A program made the translations under genes and the position numbers. A DNA stretch of 64,000 nucleotides from Candidatus Latescibacterota bacterium (GTDB taxonomy: Bacteria; Latescibacterota; UBA2968): NCBI GenBank assembly GCA_965222605.1, contig OZ244960.1, forward strand, positions 256,001-320,000, read 5' to 3'. The notes below the pieces were generated by a model. That model saw only the letters and a list, made by a program, of their open reading frames with translations. It had not been told where the DNA came from and ran no database searches. Shown piece by piece: positions 61,799-64,000 of this stretch. Within the stretch, counting starts at the first letter, position 1; the number at the start of each line of letters is the position of its first letter.

Positions 61799-62824
61799 CT
61801 ATGTCTCAAATCGCCCTCGCCACACTTCTTCACTGCGCCGCCGATCCGATAACAGGGCTTCGCCCAAAAAACACAACAGCGCGAAAGCCAACGGCCATTG
61901 GAACCTGTGAATATACTGTGCATAACGCTGCGTACCCAAATCGCGCTTCTCCATCTCTGCAATCCGTTCATGCACCGCCTGCAACCCAATCCCGCCGCCG
62001 CTGGCGCGCACATATAACCCATCGGTCACACGCGCAATCTCCTTCAAAGTTGCTTCATCCAACCGCGTCTTGACAATCTTGCCCTCAGCATCCTTCAAAT
62101 AATCTACCCTATCGCCATCGCGGATCGGGATCAACTCACCTTCCGCAGTCCCCACACCCACAGCAAAAATTCTCATATCTTCTTCCGCTGCCGCTCGCGC
62201 TGCTGCAATGGGATCACCCCCGTGATTTTCACCATCCGTAATCAAAATGAGCGCTTTGTATTTCCCATTGCGCGACCCAAATCCTCGAATGGCCGCGCGA
62301 ATCGCTTCGGCAACTGCCGTACCCTGCTCTGAAATCAATGTGACATCGGCCTGTCCCAAAAACATCTTTGCCGCGCCATAATCCAACGTAAGCGGACAGA
62401 GTACATGGCTATAACCGGCAAAAGCTACTAAACCGATGCGGTCGCCTTCGAGACGATCAATCAACCCTTCAATTTCAAAACGCGCGCGATCCAGCCTATT
62501 GGGCTTAATATCCTCGGCCAACATACTCAACGACGTATCCAGAACAATCACCAGATCCACGCCCCGGCGATGAATCAATTCCAATTCGGTACCAAACTGC
62601 GGTTGCACCAGTGCCAGAATTAAAAAAACAAACCCGACACACATCAGCGCAGATTTTATGCCCTGCCGCATGCGACTGACACCCGAAGCGAGTTTATCCA
62701 TCAACCCGGGAGCGCCAAACGCATATAGTGCCCTGCGCTTGCGCCGAAATGACCACCAGTAAAAAAGCGCGAAAACCGGCACGCAGAAAAGAAAATAAAA
62801 AGCCTGCGGATCGCCAAATTTCAT
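61799..62824 (-). CDS. batB: BatB vWA-domain protein
   Basis: DTSLSM MIDAS; DIKPNRL; DRIGLVAFAG; LITDGENH. Confidence 0.9.
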   Translation of the reverse strand: MKFGDPQAFYFLFCVPVFALFYWWSFRRKRRALYAFGAPGLMDKLASGVSRMRQGIKSALMCVGFVFLILALVQPQFGTELELIHRRGVDLVIVLDTSLSMLAEDIKPNRLDRARFEIEGLIDRLEGDRIGLVAFAGYSHVLCPLTLDYGAAKMFLGQADVTLISEQGTAVAEAIRAAIRGFGSRNGKYKALILITDGENHGGDPIAAARAAAEEDMRIFAVGVGTAEGELIPIRDGDRVDYLKDAEGKIVKTRLDEATLKEIARVTDGLYVRASGGGIGLQAVHERIAEMEKRDLGTQRYAQYIHRFQWPLAFALLCFLGEALLSDRRRSEEVWRGRFET

Positions 62825-63820
62825 CTAAGGCAACCTCCGAAATCGCGTATTGCCCAGCACCAATTCCAATGATAGCAGTGCCAAACCCGGATAGAGAAAC
62901 AGGTGAAACAACTCGCGATAATCCACATACTCGCGCACTTTGATCTCGGTCTTTTCCATTTCGCCAATCTCGGCGTATATCTCTTCCAGCTTTTCTTCAC
63001 TCGTCGCTCTGAAATATTTACCACCTGTTGCATCGGCCACTTTTTTTAGCGTCTCTTCATCAATCTCAACTTTGACAGGCACAAATCGCTTTCCAAAAAT
63101 CCCGTCAACCTCCTGCATAATCGTTCCCCTGCTACCCGCACCAATCGCATAAATGCGGATACCCACAGCCTCTGCTGCGCGCGCTGCGGTCATCGGATCG
63201 ATCTCACCGCGATTATTTTTCCCATCCGTCAACAAAATAATCACCTTGCTCTTGGCCTCAGATTCGCGCAAGCGATTTACCGCAGTTGCGATCCCCAAAC
63301 CAATCGCAGTGCCATCCCAGTCTTTGCCGGCAATTTCAACACCATCGAGAAAACTCAAAAACACGCCGTAATCCAGCGTGAGCGGGCATTGTGTATAGGC
63401 TTCTGCGGCAAAAACCACAAGCCCCAAACGATCATTGGCGCGCCCCTGTGCAAATTGCGCCACCACCTCTTTACACACTTCCAATCGAGTCTTGCGCTGG
63501 TCCGCCAGGTCTTTGGCCTCCATACTGCTCGACACGTCAATCGCCAGCGCAATATCAATGCCCTGACTTAAAATTTCGCGCCCTTCGCGCCCCGACTGCG
63601 GCCGCGCCATCGCCGCAATGAGCAAGGCCAGAGCCACACAGCGAAACGCGATCAAGCTGTGCCGCAACTTCAGCGAAAAGGACGGAGCAATACGCCGAAA
63701 AAGGCGCGTATCGGAAAACCGAATACGCCCCGACTTGCGCTTTTCGCGCCCAATATAGCGATAGATGAGCACCGGAATAAACAACAGGAGCAGCAACCAC
63801 TCCGGATTGGCAAAACGCAT
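62825..63820 (-). CDS. batA: BatA vWA-domain protein
   Basis: ARPQ; DVSSSM; PLTLD; GTAIG; SKVIILLTDGKNNRG; TGGKYFRA. Confidence 0.92.
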   Translation of the reverse strand: MRFANPEWLLLLLFIPVLIYRYIGREKRKSGRIRFSDTRLFRRIAPSFSLKLRHSLIAFRCVALALLIAAMARPQSGREGREILSQGIDIALAIDVSSSMEAKDLADQRKTRLEVCKEVVAQFAQGRANDRLGLVVFAAEAYTQCPLTLDYGVFLSFLDGVEIAGKDWDGTAIGLGIATAVNRLRESEAKSKVIILLTDGKNNRGEIDPMTAARAAEAVGIRIYAIGAGSRGTIMQEVDGIFGKRFVPVKVEIDEETLKKVADATGGKYFRATSEEKLEEIYAEIGEMEKTEIKVREYVDYRELFHLFLYPGLALLSLELVLGNTRFRRLP

Positions 63821-63999
63821 CACTGGACTGTCTCCTGCGTCACAGAAGGTGTAACCAGAGTGCTCACAATGCCGCGCACGCCATCCATCGCCTCGCGCGC
63901 CATGTAATCACGCGGTGCAAATTTGGCAAATTTGACCCGATCCGCTTCATTCAAAAAGCCTTCGATAGCCATCGCCAATTGATCGTCAAACGCATGAGC
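63820..63999 (-). CDS. C-terminus of the conserved gene preceding batA (partial)
   Basis: Manual translation ...FLNEADRVKFAKFAP...QETVQ*; ADxVKFA motif; TGATG overlap with batA. Confidence 0.65.
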   Translation of the reverse strand, partial: AHAFDDQLAMAIEGFLNEADRVKFAKFAPRDYMAREAMDGVRGIVSTLVTPSVTQETVQ

Positions 64000-64000
64000 A

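Overview
Bacterial chromosomal window of roughly 50% GC. GWxTD paralogs, a Bat operon and a dockerin/EF-hand-tailed WD40 protein suggest an FCB-group organism such as Latescibacterota or a Gemmatimonadota-like lineage, possibly host-associated; this is inference only. Layout: (1) 1-11 kb, three tandem TPR-GWxTD paralogs interleaved with a BlaI/BlaR1(M56) module, a PD-(D/E)XK nuclease and an orphan antitoxin. (2) 11-15 kb, galK, a galE-galT fusion, and greA with a terminator-containing leader. (3) 15-44.6 kb, a continuous minus-strand tRNA-secE-nusG-rplKAJL-rpoBC-str-S10-spc-alpha superoperon lacking tufB/rpmG and adk/map/infA, with unusual residues in the RpoB rifamycin pocket. (4) 44.8-49.3 kb, metabolic genes including adjacent plant-like threonine synthase and plant-like cystathionine gamma-synthase, the latter preceded by a SAM-II riboswitch with a visible terminator/antiterminator platform. 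(5) 49.3-57.6 kb, a decaying TA/Abi defence island with a frameshifted IS256, a MITE-like element and attC-like remnants. (6) 58-64 kb, the batABCDE operon. The strongest novelty candidates are the SAM-controlled plant-type Thr/Met branch point and the variable-loop GWxTD array. All family assignments come from motif recognition by eye; no searches were run.
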